From Xylographa opegraphella (Eukaryota), in NCBI GenBank assembly GCA_022813865.1, contig JALDZX010000012.1, forward strand, positions 186,001 to 250,000: a stretch of DNA of 64,000 nt, written 5' to 3'. This document shows positions 37,456 through 49,136 of the stretch, piece by piece. The notes under the pieces were generated by a model. The model searched no databases, had not been told where the DNA came from, and saw only the letters and a program-made list of their open reading frames with translations. Each line of letters opens with the position of its first letter. The first letter of the stretch is position 1. The translations under genes were made by a program, and so were the position numbers.

Positions 37456-38799
37456 CGCCACAGTGGATGGGCAGGTGCCGAGGTGAGATCTGCGAAAGAA
37501 AGAAAAGGGTTTCTCGCAGTCAGAATCTGCTGCGGAGGAGCAGCTATTGCAGTAGATTCTTATGTGTAAGAAGAAAGGAAGAGCGTGGGACGAGAGAACC
37601 GAAAGACCAAGTGAGTGGTGTCAGCACTCATCCTCTTCAGGTGTTGTTCAAGATGGACCAGAGAGTCTCGACATCGAGCCTAACAGCTGTGTTATACATC
37701 TCACAAGGAGCGGACTGGAACCTCGTGATAGCACTGCCATCGACACCTTCCCATTCGGCGTGCATCTCACCCGTACCTGACAAAGGAACAGTGTTACATG
37801 CCGATGTAAAAGCACCTGTCAAAGGGAGGGTGAGGACCGAAGTGTAAATGGAGGGAAAGGGGCCGATCTGCTGCACGGAACAATCGACTATTTCCATTGT
37901 GGTGAATTTGCTTCGCTTGCGGCTGTATCAGCTCCAGTTAGACAGCACCTGCCCCTCACGCTCCTCCCTGTGGCATGCTCGTATTCTCGTCGACCTTTTA
38001 CCCTCCCTCAACGCTTGCAAAGGTCCCTTGATCCTGCTGGTGTCACAAGACCCACTGTCCAATAACGTCACATCACCTTCCAGAGATGCGGTTGGCTGCC
38101 GCGAGGATGACCGGCGTCATGAGGTGTAGGCATGGCCTTACTCACATATGACCTGGGGGAATTAGCTAAGGAAAGAGTACAACCCATCGCGACAGGTGCA
38201 AGGTCGGTATGCCCGTTAATCATCGCACAACGTTCATCTGCTCCGATGATCTAGCCGGGCACTTCGGCCATGGCGCTGAGCGGCTGGGTGACAAGAAGTA
38301 CCTCGAGAACTCTGCATCGGCATGTAGTTTTCGGAACGCGGGGCGCAAAGGTGTAGGTCGTGATACTCAACCTCCCCCCTTCAGTCTCGGGCTTTCAACT
38401 TCGACCAGCTGGTCGTGGTGATGGACACGGCATAGAAAGCTGAAGCGGGAGCTAGATCTGACTTTCGTGCGCTAACTGTACAAGGCTTCTGACATGAAAT
38501 CAGGGGGATGGGGTTTAATGATCAACGAGTACGGTATACGAGTTAAAGGCATGTGCCTACATGCTTCAGCGGCTGGTTGTCACGATCACGTTTGTTCGAG
38601 TCATATGTAGATATGTGTTTGCAGTCATATATTACTAATGCAATCCCTCCACCAAAAGTCGTGCAACATTAAGAGCAGTAGATACAATCTTTGAAATTAT
38701 GAAAGACGTCAATAGTTGATATGGTACCCGTAACTGCCCACCAATCATGTCCTGGCAAGCGACGATGCCATCAAGGCGGGCATCCACATCCAGCATTAC

Positions 38800-41363
38800 C
38801 TAGTATCTCTTGGCGGCAGGAGAGCTTGACGGACTCGGCGTGCTGGAAAGGGGGGACGAAGACGGCGAGGGCGACAGAGTTGGCTTCTTCTTCTTCGTCT
38901 TCGTCATAGAGGGACTAGGGGTCTTCCTGACGGGGGCTGCAGACGAGGTTGATGGAACGGGTGTCTTCTTCGGCTGCTTGACTGGCGAGGTCGACGGACT
39001 CGGCGTCTTCTTTGCATGTACAGCTGAAGACGTCGAAGGTTTGGGTGTCTTCTTTGGCTTCTTCACAGGGGATGTGGACGGACCCGGTGTCTTCGTTGCT
39101 TGTACGACTGGAGACGTCGAGGATTTGGGTGTCTTCTTCGGCTTCTTGACAGGGGACGTTGACGGACTCGGCGTCTTCTTTGCCTTCACAGGAGATGACG
39201 TAGGAGTGGGGTAAGGTGTCTTGCCAGGCTGCTTGATCGGCGAAGTAGACGCGCTCGGGGTCTTCTTCGGTTTCTTGAGCGGCGAGCTGGACGGCGAGGG
39301 CGTCTTCTTAGCATGAGCACGTGACGGAGTGGATGGCGTTGGGGTCTTGGTGCCCTTGACCGGCGAGGTCGTGAAGCTTGGGGTCTGGTGAACTTTTGCG
39401 GCGCTTGTGGGCTTGGTAGTTGCAGTGCTCTTCAGCGTGGATTTGACAGGTGCTGAAGAAGTTGAAGAAACCACTGTTGGTGCAGGTGGCGCGGCGCAAG
39501 TCGCCTTCGACGCTGCCCCATAGTTCGTTCCCACCGGGCATGATATTGCGTTGCATGACGGGGCAAGTGCGGCATCAGGCACGAAAACACTAACGATCGG
39601 AGTTTGCCCAAGCATATTCCCAAGGTCATCGTAAGCAATGGCGTACGCAAACAGGTTGAAAGGAGCCATTGTGAAGGTCTCAAATGTGCCGTTATTGACC
39701 GCAGTGGCTGCCAGGGCAAAGGTCCCGTTCTCTGAGCTGCTAGTGAAGTATTTCCACGAGACAACCTCTGTGGCGCCGTTCCAACTTGCGTAGAAAGCAG
39801 CCGGAGCAGTGCAGTTTTGTGCGTAACCGAACAGGGCTATTTCAGTGATTGGGGGTTTTCCGACCCACTCATACTTGAAAGCACGATATGATTGTAAAGG
39901 CAAGACGCCCCAGTTCGCATAGAAGACTGTTGTACCATCCGAAGTCTGTTCGTAAACATAGGGATAACTGCCGAGTCCCATGAAATGATTGCCATTTGGT
40001 AGAAACTGATGACTTCCCTGACTGCTGTCAAGTTGGCGGTCTGGCGAAATGTACTGCTCAATTAGGGTAGCCTTGTTTGTGCCATTTGAGGTTGATATGG
40101 TAACCGACTTTCCAGAAGAGGCGGAAGAGGAGGAGGGAATATCGTTGTCGTTAGCATTGTCCCACAAGGAAATCCCGTTGATAGACGGTCTGAATCGTGC
40201 ATGGTGTTGGAAGGAGAAGTTTCTGTTCACGACTAAGTCAGCAGGAGGTCTCCGAATAAGGCATGGAATATACTAACAAGTTGGGCGTACCCGGGACCGT
40301 CGAATCCATTACAGGAAAGCTGCTGCGCTTGCCACCCAATCGCCAGATAATTGTACCTGGAGCCATACCCTCAGTGTTTTTGTTTCCGGCAATTTTGAAT
40401 ATGGTGGAAGTGTGTCGAGACGAGACTAGATAGTCACCATTCTCGTCCTTATCTATTGCATTAATATGGCTGAATGTACAGAATCAGTGCCTCATTCCCA
40501 CGGAGTCAAGAGACAGGTGACTTACAAAAAATCAAATCCATCACCGATGTTCTTACCTGTGCCAACATTATTATCACCAGGGCATACATATGTGTCCGTT
40601 GGATCAACATGGTCGATCGCATTCCACTGGAACAAAGTAGTATTCAAGCCATCGGTAGATACTTCCGTGAACAGTCCAGTCTTGGTGAAGGGCGTCGTTG
40701 GTGATCCTGGGCACGCCGGGTAGGTGACGTTATGGGCGAAGTTCACGTAGCTGGTCAGGAGTGCGCTGGCACCTGCCGTACCTAAGACATTGAACTCGTG
40801 GAGATCTTGGGTAAGGTTCTGGCCAGCAAATGCTCCACTCGGCGCAACGGCCACAACTTGTGTATAGGTATGATCCATGATCACAGAGTATGATCCCAAG
40901 CCTCCTGGACCACCTCCCACTGGGCCAGTAAATTGTGTGAAACAGAGATGAGGAGTCCCTTTATAGTAGCAGACTTTCTCGTCAAAGGGGCCTAGTCCTG
41001 GGGCCAGATAGTGCTGGCCACTCCATACAAGGTGCTAGCAATAGTCAGTAAACATTCGAATACCAAAATATCAGAGTGCCCACGCCGAGATTGTTGTAGA
41101 TATATGGTGCAGTTTGAAAGTTGGTGGTTCCAGGACTGCTTGGAGTTATCATAATGTAACCAGGAGCCAGGAGGGCCGGTTCTGATTTGGTGACATAAAG
41201 GGTCGGTGCTTGTAGATCCGGCCTCTGTATGCTGTTTGAGTATCCCCTCGTCGGTCTCCAGCTTCGATTAACTTACTGATAACAGGTTCAGAAGTGTAAC
41301 ATTCTGGGCATTGGACAAGGCGAAGCTTATTAACAGCAACGCGACAGCACGTATTCCAGGCAT
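38800..41363 (-). CDS. Secreted arylsulfotransferase (ASST, Arylsulfotran_2 family) with a C-terminal Lys/Pro/Ser/Thr repeat tail
   Basis: Signal peptide MPGIRAVALLLISFALSNA; RPDLQAP, PYIYNN.G|LVWSG, DLHEF, DF|HINAIDKDENGDYLVSSRHTSTIFKI, IIWRLGG, FSFQHHARF, WDN, SSQGSHQ.LPNGN, SYRAFKYEWVGKP, YASWNGATEV..W; four introns. Confidence 0.9.
38885..39395 (-). repeat. Coding minisatellite: about 12 degenerate 42-bp (14-aa) units, consensus KKTPSPSTSPVKKP
   Basis: Recurring GGTGTCTTCTT / GGCGTCTTCTT on the + strand at about 42-bp spacing, within the last ASST exon. Confidence 0.9.
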
Positions 41364-43538
41364 AGCGATCGAGCTGGGTGGGCACTTGGCAAGTCTGCCA
41401 ACAAGAGTTCTCTCAAGAAATTAAGATATAAAAGAATGGAGCCTCAACGTCCTGAACGACGTTGGCAAGCGACTGAATAGAAAAGAATGTGTATGTTCAC
41501 AGACATGGAGGGAGGGCGTGGCCTTTGAGTACAGAAGGCTGAAGTAATGCTGCCTCTTGTTCAGTGTTGGAGCTGCCTCTTTCAAGCCATACCCGTCCAC
41601 CAACGAATCCGAGCGTAGTGACGAGGATTGGGGAGCTCGGAAGACAGATAGCGCAAGAGCCGAAGGAACGGAGCTCGATGAGACACAAACTGGAGGGTGA
41701 CATGCTTGCTCTGTATGGTATGCAGGATTACCAGAAGGGAGATTGTGATGATGGTCGTGGCTCCGGTGGGGAGGAGCCACAAAGGGTAGGAGAAACATTT
41801 CGACCCAGTAGCTGCACCGCACGCGTGAAAGAGAGGTAAAAGCAGCATGGAGATTCTCAAATAATCAGCGCCGGCCGCGCTAATGCTAGTTTGCCGTGCT
41901 AGTCGCCCCGGAAGCGAGTGGGCTAGCTCCGCGTATTCTGACCTCAACTCCCCGAACGTTACATTTCTGTAGAGGAATAGGAGAGCAGGCGCCTATCAGT
42001 ACCAGACAAGGGCGGAATTACCAATCCTATGCCAGAGCGCTCTTGATCTAATGAGAGCCCCAGACGAGCGAGACATTTAGATATCCATCCTTCATTACAA
42101 AGCCACACCGTACTCTGTTTCTTAAGTTTGTTTCAGGATGAGTCGCCAAGAAATCGGTATCGTGTTTGTGATAGCTGCAAACATCGATGACCGAGAAATG
42201 GCATACCTTGACACACTGAATAGAACCGAATGGGTAGACTTTTTGAGCTACCACAATATTCGGGAAGTGGTCGCATCCAACTTATCCCCCGGTCACGAGT
42301 TGGGGGGTCAATCGATGTATGATCGAAGAACGTGAAATATAACTTACAGATACCTTACTCTTTCCAGCTATCGCGTTGAACTCACCTCACATGCAGTCAT
42401 CGTCATTCCGTCCAATAATCGAGCCGGACCATCACAGATCTGCAGGAACGCAGCCGCACCATTCGCTTTCACTTCTGATTCGATCGTAGGCTTACAGGGG
42501 GTTACAATGGCCCTAGCGCGGAGTAACCACGATCTGGCAGCCCACACAACCCCTGCCAAGGCTAAGAGATTAACGGTTGTCTCTGCTTTAGTCCTGTGTG
42601 CTATCCGGCAACTTTTCAGTACGCCATCCCGGGCCCGGCTGATCAGCGGAACTAACCTTATAGTATTCTCCTTTCAACGGGGCCCGGCCCATACCTTATT
42701 CTGAGCCACCCGCCGAGCCTAAAGCCACTTTGTTTTCCGCTCACCAGAATCTTGCACACTCCCTTGTGATTCGCGATAGCGATCGTCCTGATCCTTTTTT
42801 GTTTGTAAGCTCGCCGGAAATGATCACTCGCGGTGATGCTAGCCGGATGTGACAGCTCGCCCCGTCTCCTGGCTCGACGGGTCTTGTCCTTATCTTCAGG
42901 TACAAGAGTATGTGTGTAGAGCTAGAATGTTCGGAGGGGCGGGGGGGGAGGGCCAACACACGGAGGGCGGCCGGTGTGCTACCTACCTATGGTTCGCGGG
43001 CTGTGATCTACCTTGGCTACCTACGCTATCAGGCGCCCAGCGCGCTTTATCAGGATCTAGGCAAAGCTTGAACTTGAGAGCCGGATCGAGGCGTACGGTA
43101 GCGCGAACTGGGAATGGTGTCCGGGCCGCTGGATTGCAAAGCCGTGCCGTGAGGCCTGTGCTAGGCCTCAGCCTGATAAGAAGTCCGGTGACGTGAAGGC
43201 CCCCGGTCGTTCATAGTTCGTGCCGAAGGGGTTCGAGGGAGGAGGAGGACGACGAATGGAGGAAAAAGCAAATGGAAATAGGCGAGAAGAGGCGAAGGCG
43301 CTCCACGGAAAGGTTCGGTGTGTTTGGTAGTGGGAGGAAGGTCATACGAGTGGTTAGTAGGATGAAGTGGAGGGAGTGTGTGTGATCATAGACCGTACAA
43401 CATCTTGGCAGGGCCGTAGTACCGGCATCACTATAGTATACGAACGAGTGGTTATTGGAATAGACAAGCAGATTATAGACTATCGTTATGTGAGGCTGTA
43501 TATGCAATCGGTCTCGCGCTTCACCCAACGAGGATCAA

Positions 43539-45242
43539 TTAGTCTCCTTCGTCCACCTCAACATCGGGTGGGTTGTTTTCTTCGTTGGGCTCCCCATCAT
43601 TATCACCGGGTAGGCTCTCTGGTGGCTCATCATCACTCGGCGGCCGATATGCGTCTGCTCTCCTTTGATCACTCTCGCGTTCCTCGATCCCCAACACTTG
43701 GAAGAGTCGTTCCGCCCCAAACTTGTTCACATACGCAATCTCCTCGTCGTCCGTCATCATCTCAATCTGCGTCAAAGGTTCATTGTGCCACACGTAATGG
43801 CAATCCTGAACTTGATGTCGACCGCACAGTGGCTCGAGGTCTCGAATATTCCCGATGATTTGGTCCAAGAATTCGGATTCGCCGGCGAAGTCGTTATGCT
43901 TCCAGAACATAGGACCGGCGACGGCAGTGCCAAGAAGCGAGCTGTTGAAAGAAAAGCCTCCGAAATCAAATGCGTACTTGCGCCACTGCCAGAGCGATTC
44001 TGATTCCACAATTTCCCCCAGCTCGTCCACCACGGGTGCTTCCCACGCGTCCGCGCCGAGGTTACCCACAGGCACGATTCCAATCCGATCGACTTTGATG
44101 AGAAGACTCATCAGGTCAGGCAGCATCTTGTTATCGTCGTCAAGTCCGTAGACAGGGCCAGGGCCCAGTAGTCCACCGCGCTCTTCAGGCCGACTTAAAG
44201 CGTACACAACTTGCATGACCGCATTTTTCTGGGCGTTACCCCACGAACGTGTGAGCCCATACGCAAAGTAAATATACGGCACTCCTGTTCTCCTTAGAGT
44301 CCGGACCACCAGCGGGTCGATGTCGACTTCGTCCTCGGCGACGATCCATACTACCTGCCAGCCGGGATGTTTGTTCCGCACCAAAGCTTCCTCTTGTGCC
44401 ATCCAGGTTCTGATGGCACGGCCGCTGCGGCGAAAGTATTGCGGACGGATCGTACCAGCTTTACCGTTAGGCGAGGTGGCGGTGGTCAGATATATGGTCG
44501 GCTTGCCAAATTCTAAACCACCAAGAGACCACGACATCATCTCCCCTAGATTGCTGCCCGAACGACGCACTAGCTTCAGTGCCTGATAAGGATCAAGGTG
44601 CTGGCGGGCACAATAGATGTCGAGAATGGTCTGACGCATGAATTCATTCATGTCAACACTGTCTGGACCTGGATAGATGTCTTTTATATGTGGCCGTGGC
44701 GGCAACTCTGAGGCGTAATTGACCGAGGGCGCGTAAAAGGCAGGTGAGGCATGACAATCGCAAATGGAACAGAGATTACTAGGAAGGGCACTTTGAAGAC
44801 TCAAAGGAAATGCGCCGGGGCCGGCTTCGTTGTTTTTGTATAAGTCGGAGAAGTAGGGTTCGTGATGATCTCGATGAGCAGCCGCGATGTTTCCGATGCG
44901 GCGGTGAGTTGTATGAATATGTGCTGCACTGAAGTAATTGTACGATACGAGGAGTATCCCCAGTACTGCAGTTGCAATGAGGTAACGGCGAGTTCGGTGT
45001 CGGTTATATGTTACCGGCATCGGCAAAGGGAATTTCTCTCTGTTCTGCATGCCTGAGTAACTGGAGTAATCCGAAAAGGAGTAATCATCGTCGTCGTCGA
45101 AGTCTCTCTTTGACCTCCGTGGGGTGTCGACGGACATGGGACGTGATACATCACTCGCGGTATCAGAGGTGTCGCTGCGCGCCAGTCTGTCTTTCATCAG
45201 GCTTTGACGTTCGCTGTTACGCTGTGGGAAAGCTCCCTGCAT
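43539..45242 (-). CDS. Glycosyltransferase family 43 (GlcAT-I/IRX9-IRX14-like), type II membrane protein
   Basis: Single uninterrupted ORF; TM helix YLIATAVLGILLVSYNYF; PTIYLTTAT, WIVAED, LRRTGVPY, AQKNA, GPVYGLDDDN (GT43 DDDN), VPVG..G...EAP, RKYAFDFGGFSFN, ESEFL, LEPL, YVWH. Confidence 0.85.
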   Translation of the reverse strand: MQGAFPQRNSERQSLMKDRLARSDTSDTASDVSRPMSVDTPRRSKRDFDDDDDYSFSDYSSYSGMQNREKFPLPMPVTYNRHRTRRYLIATAVLGILLVSYNYFSAAHIHTTHRRIGNIAAAHRDHHEPYFSDLYKNNEAGPGAFPLSLQSALPSNLCSICDCHASPAFYAPSVNYASELPPRPHIKDIYPGPDSVDMNEFMRQTILDIYCARQHLDPYQALKLVRRSGSNLGEMMSWSLGGLEFGKPTIYLTTATSPNGKAGTIRPQYFRRSGRAIRTWMAQEEALVRNKHPGWQVVWIVAEDEVDIDPLVVRTLRRTGVPYIYFAYGLTRSWGNAQKNAVMQVVYALSRPEERGGLLGPGPVYGLDDDNKMLPDLMSLLIKVDRIGIVPVGNLGADAWEAPVVDELGEIVESESLWQWRKYAFDFGGFSFNSSLLGTAVAGPMFWKHNDFAGESEFLDQIIGNIRDLEPLCGRHQVQDCHYVWHNEPLTQIEMMTDDEEIAYVNKFGAERLFQVLGIEERESDQRRADAYRPPSDDEPPESLPGDNDGEPNEENNPPDVEVDEGD

Positions 45243-46871
45243 AATGCTCTTTTCTTCCAGACTCTGTGATCTTGCGGGATGGGCAAAGAAGAGTGCAAAG
45301 AGAGTATGAACCGGTGAACCTAAGATGCCACAAATCTGCGAAGGGTTGAAGATGGAGTTGAAGATGTCATGGAGCACTACCTAGTTTCTCCAAATGCGGC
45401 CCCCCACCCGCAGTGACTCAACTTTACTTCAATGGGGCAGGTCGTCCTGGTATTTTATTACAGGGTTCGTGATGCACTCTCCTACATAGTCCATCAGCAC
45501 ATGCAGGAGCGCCACAACTCAGTCCTTGCGATAGCAGCCAGGGCTGACTCGGGCACTTTGGACGACGATCTCTTGTCCGGGGTGGTAGGACACAGCGTGT
45601 GTCGAGTGAGACAGCAGACAGCGTAGATTGTGGATTCCATGTTCAGAGGAACAATCGAGCCGAGCACCGTGGAGCAGAAGGTTGCACTCGGGCACCTTGT
45701 ATCTGCACGACGTTTCGTCTACGGAGTCCTAATGGAGCCCTAGTGACGCCGGGCCTAGCGTGGCCCCTTTAAGGTGGGTAAGGTAAGGTAGGATGTGATT
45801 TGAGGTTCATGAAAGGGGCTTTCCGGACGAGATGCTGCTTGTGGCGCCCGACCGCCCCGGGGAGCAGCACTGGCAATCTCCTGGAGATAAGCCGTTCCAG
45901 CTCCTGTACGGGGCCAGAGCTTTTTGTTCTAGAATCAGCGCTAACAGCGTCAAAGCTTGCGGTGACCTGCATTAGTCTCGTTCTAGCAATGGCCCGAAGT
46001 CGCGGCGTCCAAAAGAGGCTTAGATCGGACAATCCTGGTCTAGCTCCGGAAGCTTTCCTCCAAGTCTCAACCCATCTCAGCTTTCACCTCCATCGCTGTC
46101 AACCACCCACCATCCTCCGGCCTCTCCTCCCACTACCTTACCTTATGAACAATCTCCGCCTGTTCCTTGCACAGCCGATATCTTTGCTTCTTATCGTCCT
46201 TTTGGAGAGCCTGTGCAATGTTACCCTCCCTAGTGCTTGTTCCTTCTCGGTGGAAATGGTTCGTGCGGTGGTTAAAGCAGCGAGATGCAGCGCTCTACCG
46301 TGCTGTTTCAGCTCAAGCAGCCACGCTGCTTGGCTTCTTTGCTGCCAATCGTCATTTCCTATCTCCTGGTCATTCCCGTTGCTGCGGGGTGTCGTGTGGA
46401 GTTGCGGCGAATCTCCTCGTACAGAGAATCATGGGTCATTGAGGCAGGTCCTGACGAATGTCCCCTCGCTTTCCGTCGCTCACCGTCTGCCTGTCTTTCT
46501 TATCTTCCTGTCTCTGTTCTTGAACTTCCACTTAGTCTCTAGTCTTTGCCGCTTCTATGTCTCTGAGCTGGTCTTTGCGATTCTTAATACCCCCTCCCGG
46601 ACTGATCACACCTCAAGTCGAACCCATCTTGACAGTCGAGGTCCTCCTCTTTCATTTACCTTTCTCCATCTCATCAACAAACTTGGTGAAGAGCGGGTTT
46701 CTGTAACTAGGATATCAACCACTTCGGCTCAGCTACATCCGCTAGGACCGCGTCTTGTCCCAAAGAATCATACCTCTACGCCAAATTCTATTTCCAGTAA
46801 GTCTCTGTTCGCATCGTATACAAACAAGAACCAAAAACTGACCAAAACGAAGCCATTTCTTACTGCTCACT

Positions 46872-49136
46872 ATGCACGCATTGATTCATCGTCGTATCGT
46901 AGTGCCTGCTGTCCTGGTCGTAATCCTCACCATCATCTTCATCTCGTCTCTTCCGAGCTTAAACGACTTCCACTTCGGTAGACTACAGGCTACTAATGGC
47001 GTCAGTGCCAAGGCGGCCGCGGCCGCAGCGGAGAGTGTGGAACAGAGCGCCGACATGGTATACCCTCTTTTCGACTACACCTACGACAAAATCTTCAAAT
47101 TATCTGCGGAAAAGCAGGTATCAAAGGACCCTTGCATCGATGTCGCGCTTCCCAATGGCGGTAATGTCGCCAAACCCGGTGATGGCATACGAGTGCTTAT
47201 AACTGGTGGTGCCGGCTTCATTGGGTCCAATTTGGTAGACCGCCTTCTGCAGCTAGGCTACAAGGTCCGGATATTCGATAATCTGTATACCGGGTTTCTT
47301 CGTAATGTGCCTATCGACCATGAAAATGTCGAATTCTTTCTGGGCGATATTCTCGACAAGGACGCCATAAGTGCCGCCCTCGAGGGTATCGACTTTGTCT
47401 ACCATTTGGCTGCTATGAGCAAGGTAGTGCCATCTCTTAAATCTCCAGCAATGGCTCGCTTCTGCACTGAGTCAAATGCTCTTGGCTCATGGAACGTACT
47501 AGACGCAGTACGTGAGCAAGGTGGTGTACAGAAGGTCATATACGCTGCTTCCTCCACTTACTATGGGAACAAGCCTGCACCACACAGAGAAGACATGGCC
47601 CCAGACTTCTTGACACCTTATGCGGCCAGTAAATACGAGGGCGAGCTCCAGATGCAGATGTTCGACAGATTGTTCGGAGTACCCACAATTTCAACGCGGT
47701 TCTTTATGGTTTACGGGCCTCGTCAACCAAGCACAGGAGCCTATGCGATCGTCACTGGCGTCTTTGCTAAGCAGGCATCTGAGGGCAAACCGCTTACCAT
47801 CGAAGGAGACGGCTCTCACTACAGAGACTTCATCCACGTTCACGATATTGTAGAAGGCCTCATTCTCTCTCAGCAAAATCCTGACCTCAGGGGAGATGTT
47901 GTCAATCTTGGTTCAGGTTCCGCCTTTTCCGTACAGGATGTGGCAAACCTGGTTTCCTCAAGCCAAGTTCATGTTGAACCACGAGCGAATGACCTAGAAG
48001 GCACATTAGCTAATACTTGCAAAATGAAGCGGTCGCTTGGCTACAAAGCTAAGAAGGACTTTAAGGTCGAAATGGCGTTCATGGCGAGAGAAACAATGGA
48101 AGGCAATGTATTCATGCAACCTTGGCTCACTCCGATCCATGCATTATCAGCGCCACACCTTCTGGCACCTGGAAGCCCAATGTTTAGATGGCCAGGCCAG
48201 ACCTCCGATCTTGATGCATTACTTCTGGCTTTAAAACATGTCGAAGAGAAAGCTCTGAGAGAAGGTGAATCAGTGAGCCGCCGTGTCAGCCTCATCATGT
48301 TTGTTCTTACCAGCAACGAAACAGAGCAAGCAAGCGATCTTCTTCTGAATACTGTATTCTCTCTCGTTCGCTTCGGTGGTGTCAGATCATACATCGTCGC
48401 AGCTAAGGACGAGGAAGCCTTATCAATATGTGTGGCTCTAAATCTGCCGTGCTACGATGCCCGGAATCAGTCGCAGCCGGCCCTCGTCTCGAGTTTGATC
48501 TCCAGCAGTTACGATGTACACGTCGTGAAGCTTGGGAATGCCTATATCAGCAACGTCGAATCTACTCTTGCGGCATTCATTTCGGAGAATGCCAACGCAG
48601 ATGTTGTTGGGGCAAAACCTTATGGTGACGCGTTCATACGGTCCAACGATCGAACTAAGGCTGCTTTTACGTTATGGGCCAGGTCTGCTGCTTCTCCCGC
48701 CCAGTACGAGGATGGGGGCGAAATCCTCTTCGATATTGACAACTGGCCGGCGCTAGACCTCACGAAAGCCAGCTTTACCGTCGACCGTCACTGTGGCTCA
48801 TCATGGCTTGATACAGCCACTATAACACAAACCGTAACAAGCCAAACGGCCAGTCCTACGTTGCTGGTACGCGGTCCAGATAGTTCATCGCTCGCGTCTT
48901 CTTCTCCGCCGTCGCCAAGCAGCTTTACTTGTGGTAAAAATTTCTACAGAGCTGTCGGTTGCGCCAAGGGGGCCAAACCTGAAAGTCCGAACGAGACGAT
49001 AACACAGCTTCAGTCGATTGGAGCGTGGCATCTGACTCAATGTCAAGATAGCGAACACTGTGATCGGCAGCAGGTCGTACCGTTGAGATGGGTTAGCCAC
49101 CCTCCAGACCTAGCGCCTTATGGCGGTATCTGCTAG
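46872..49136 (+). CDS. Membrane-anchored NAD-dependent UDP-sugar 4-epimerase (extended SDR, WbpP-like) fused to a degenerate nucleotide-diphospho-sugar transferase (GT77-like) domain
   Basis: Single 754-aa ORF; N-terminal signal anchor; TGGAGFIG, DNLYTG, HLAA, YAASSTYYG, PYAASK (YxxxK), RFFMVYGPRQ..GAYA, GDGSHYRDFIHV; C-terminal LLLNTVFSLVRFGGVRSYIVAAKDEEALSICVALNLPCYD. Confidence 0.85.
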   Translation: MHALIHRRIVVPAVLVVILTIIFISSLPSLNDFHFGRLQATNGVSAKAAAAAAESVEQSADMVYPLFDYTYDKIFKLSAEKQVSKDPCIDVALPNGGNVAKPGDGIRVLITGGAGFIGSNLVDRLLQLGYKVRIFDNLYTGFLRNVPIDHENVEFFLGDILDKDAISAALEGIDFVYHLAAMSKVVPSLKSPAMARFCTESNALGSWNVLDAVREQGGVQKVIYAASSTYYGNKPAPHREDMAPDFLTPYAASKYEGELQMQMFDRLFGVPTISTRFFMVYGPRQPSTGAYAIVTGVFAKQASEGKPLTIEGDGSHYRDFIHVHDIVEGLILSQQNPDLRGDVVNLGSGSAFSVQDVANLVSSSQVHVEPRANDLEGTLANTCKMKRSLGYKAKKDFKVEMAFMARETMEGNVFMQPWLTPIHALSAPHLLAPGSPMFRWPGQTSDLDALLLALKHVEEKALREGESVSRRVSLIMFVLTSNETEQASDLLLNTVFSLVRFGGVRSYIVAAKDEEALSICVALNLPCYDARNQSQPALVSSLISSSYDVHVVKLGNAYISNVESTLAAFISENANADVVGAKPYGDAFIRSNDRTKAAFTLWARSAASPAQYEDGGEILFDIDNWPALDLTKASFTVDRHCGSSWLDTATITQTVTSQTASPTLLVRGPDSSSLASSSPPSPSSFTCGKNFYRAVGCAKGAKPESPNETITQLQSIGAWHLTQCQDSEHCDRQQVVPLRWVSHPPDLAPYGGIC

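Noticed and set aside
38885..39395. Regularly spaced repeats as a possible CRISPR array
   Set aside because: Degenerate in-frame coding repeats inside a eukaryotic exon; no unique spacers and no cas genes.
41920..46050. Shared CTAGCTCCG and GGGCCCGG motifs in the glycan-cluster intergenic regions
   Set aside because: 8-9-bp matches in several kb of fairly GC-rich DNA can arise by chance; not supportable without comparative data.
45800..46981. 393-aa ORF upstream of and overlapping the epimerase
   Set aside because: TTG start, Leu/Ser-rich translation of a pyrimidine-rich promoter/5' UTR, no motifs, and it overlaps the real gene in another frame.
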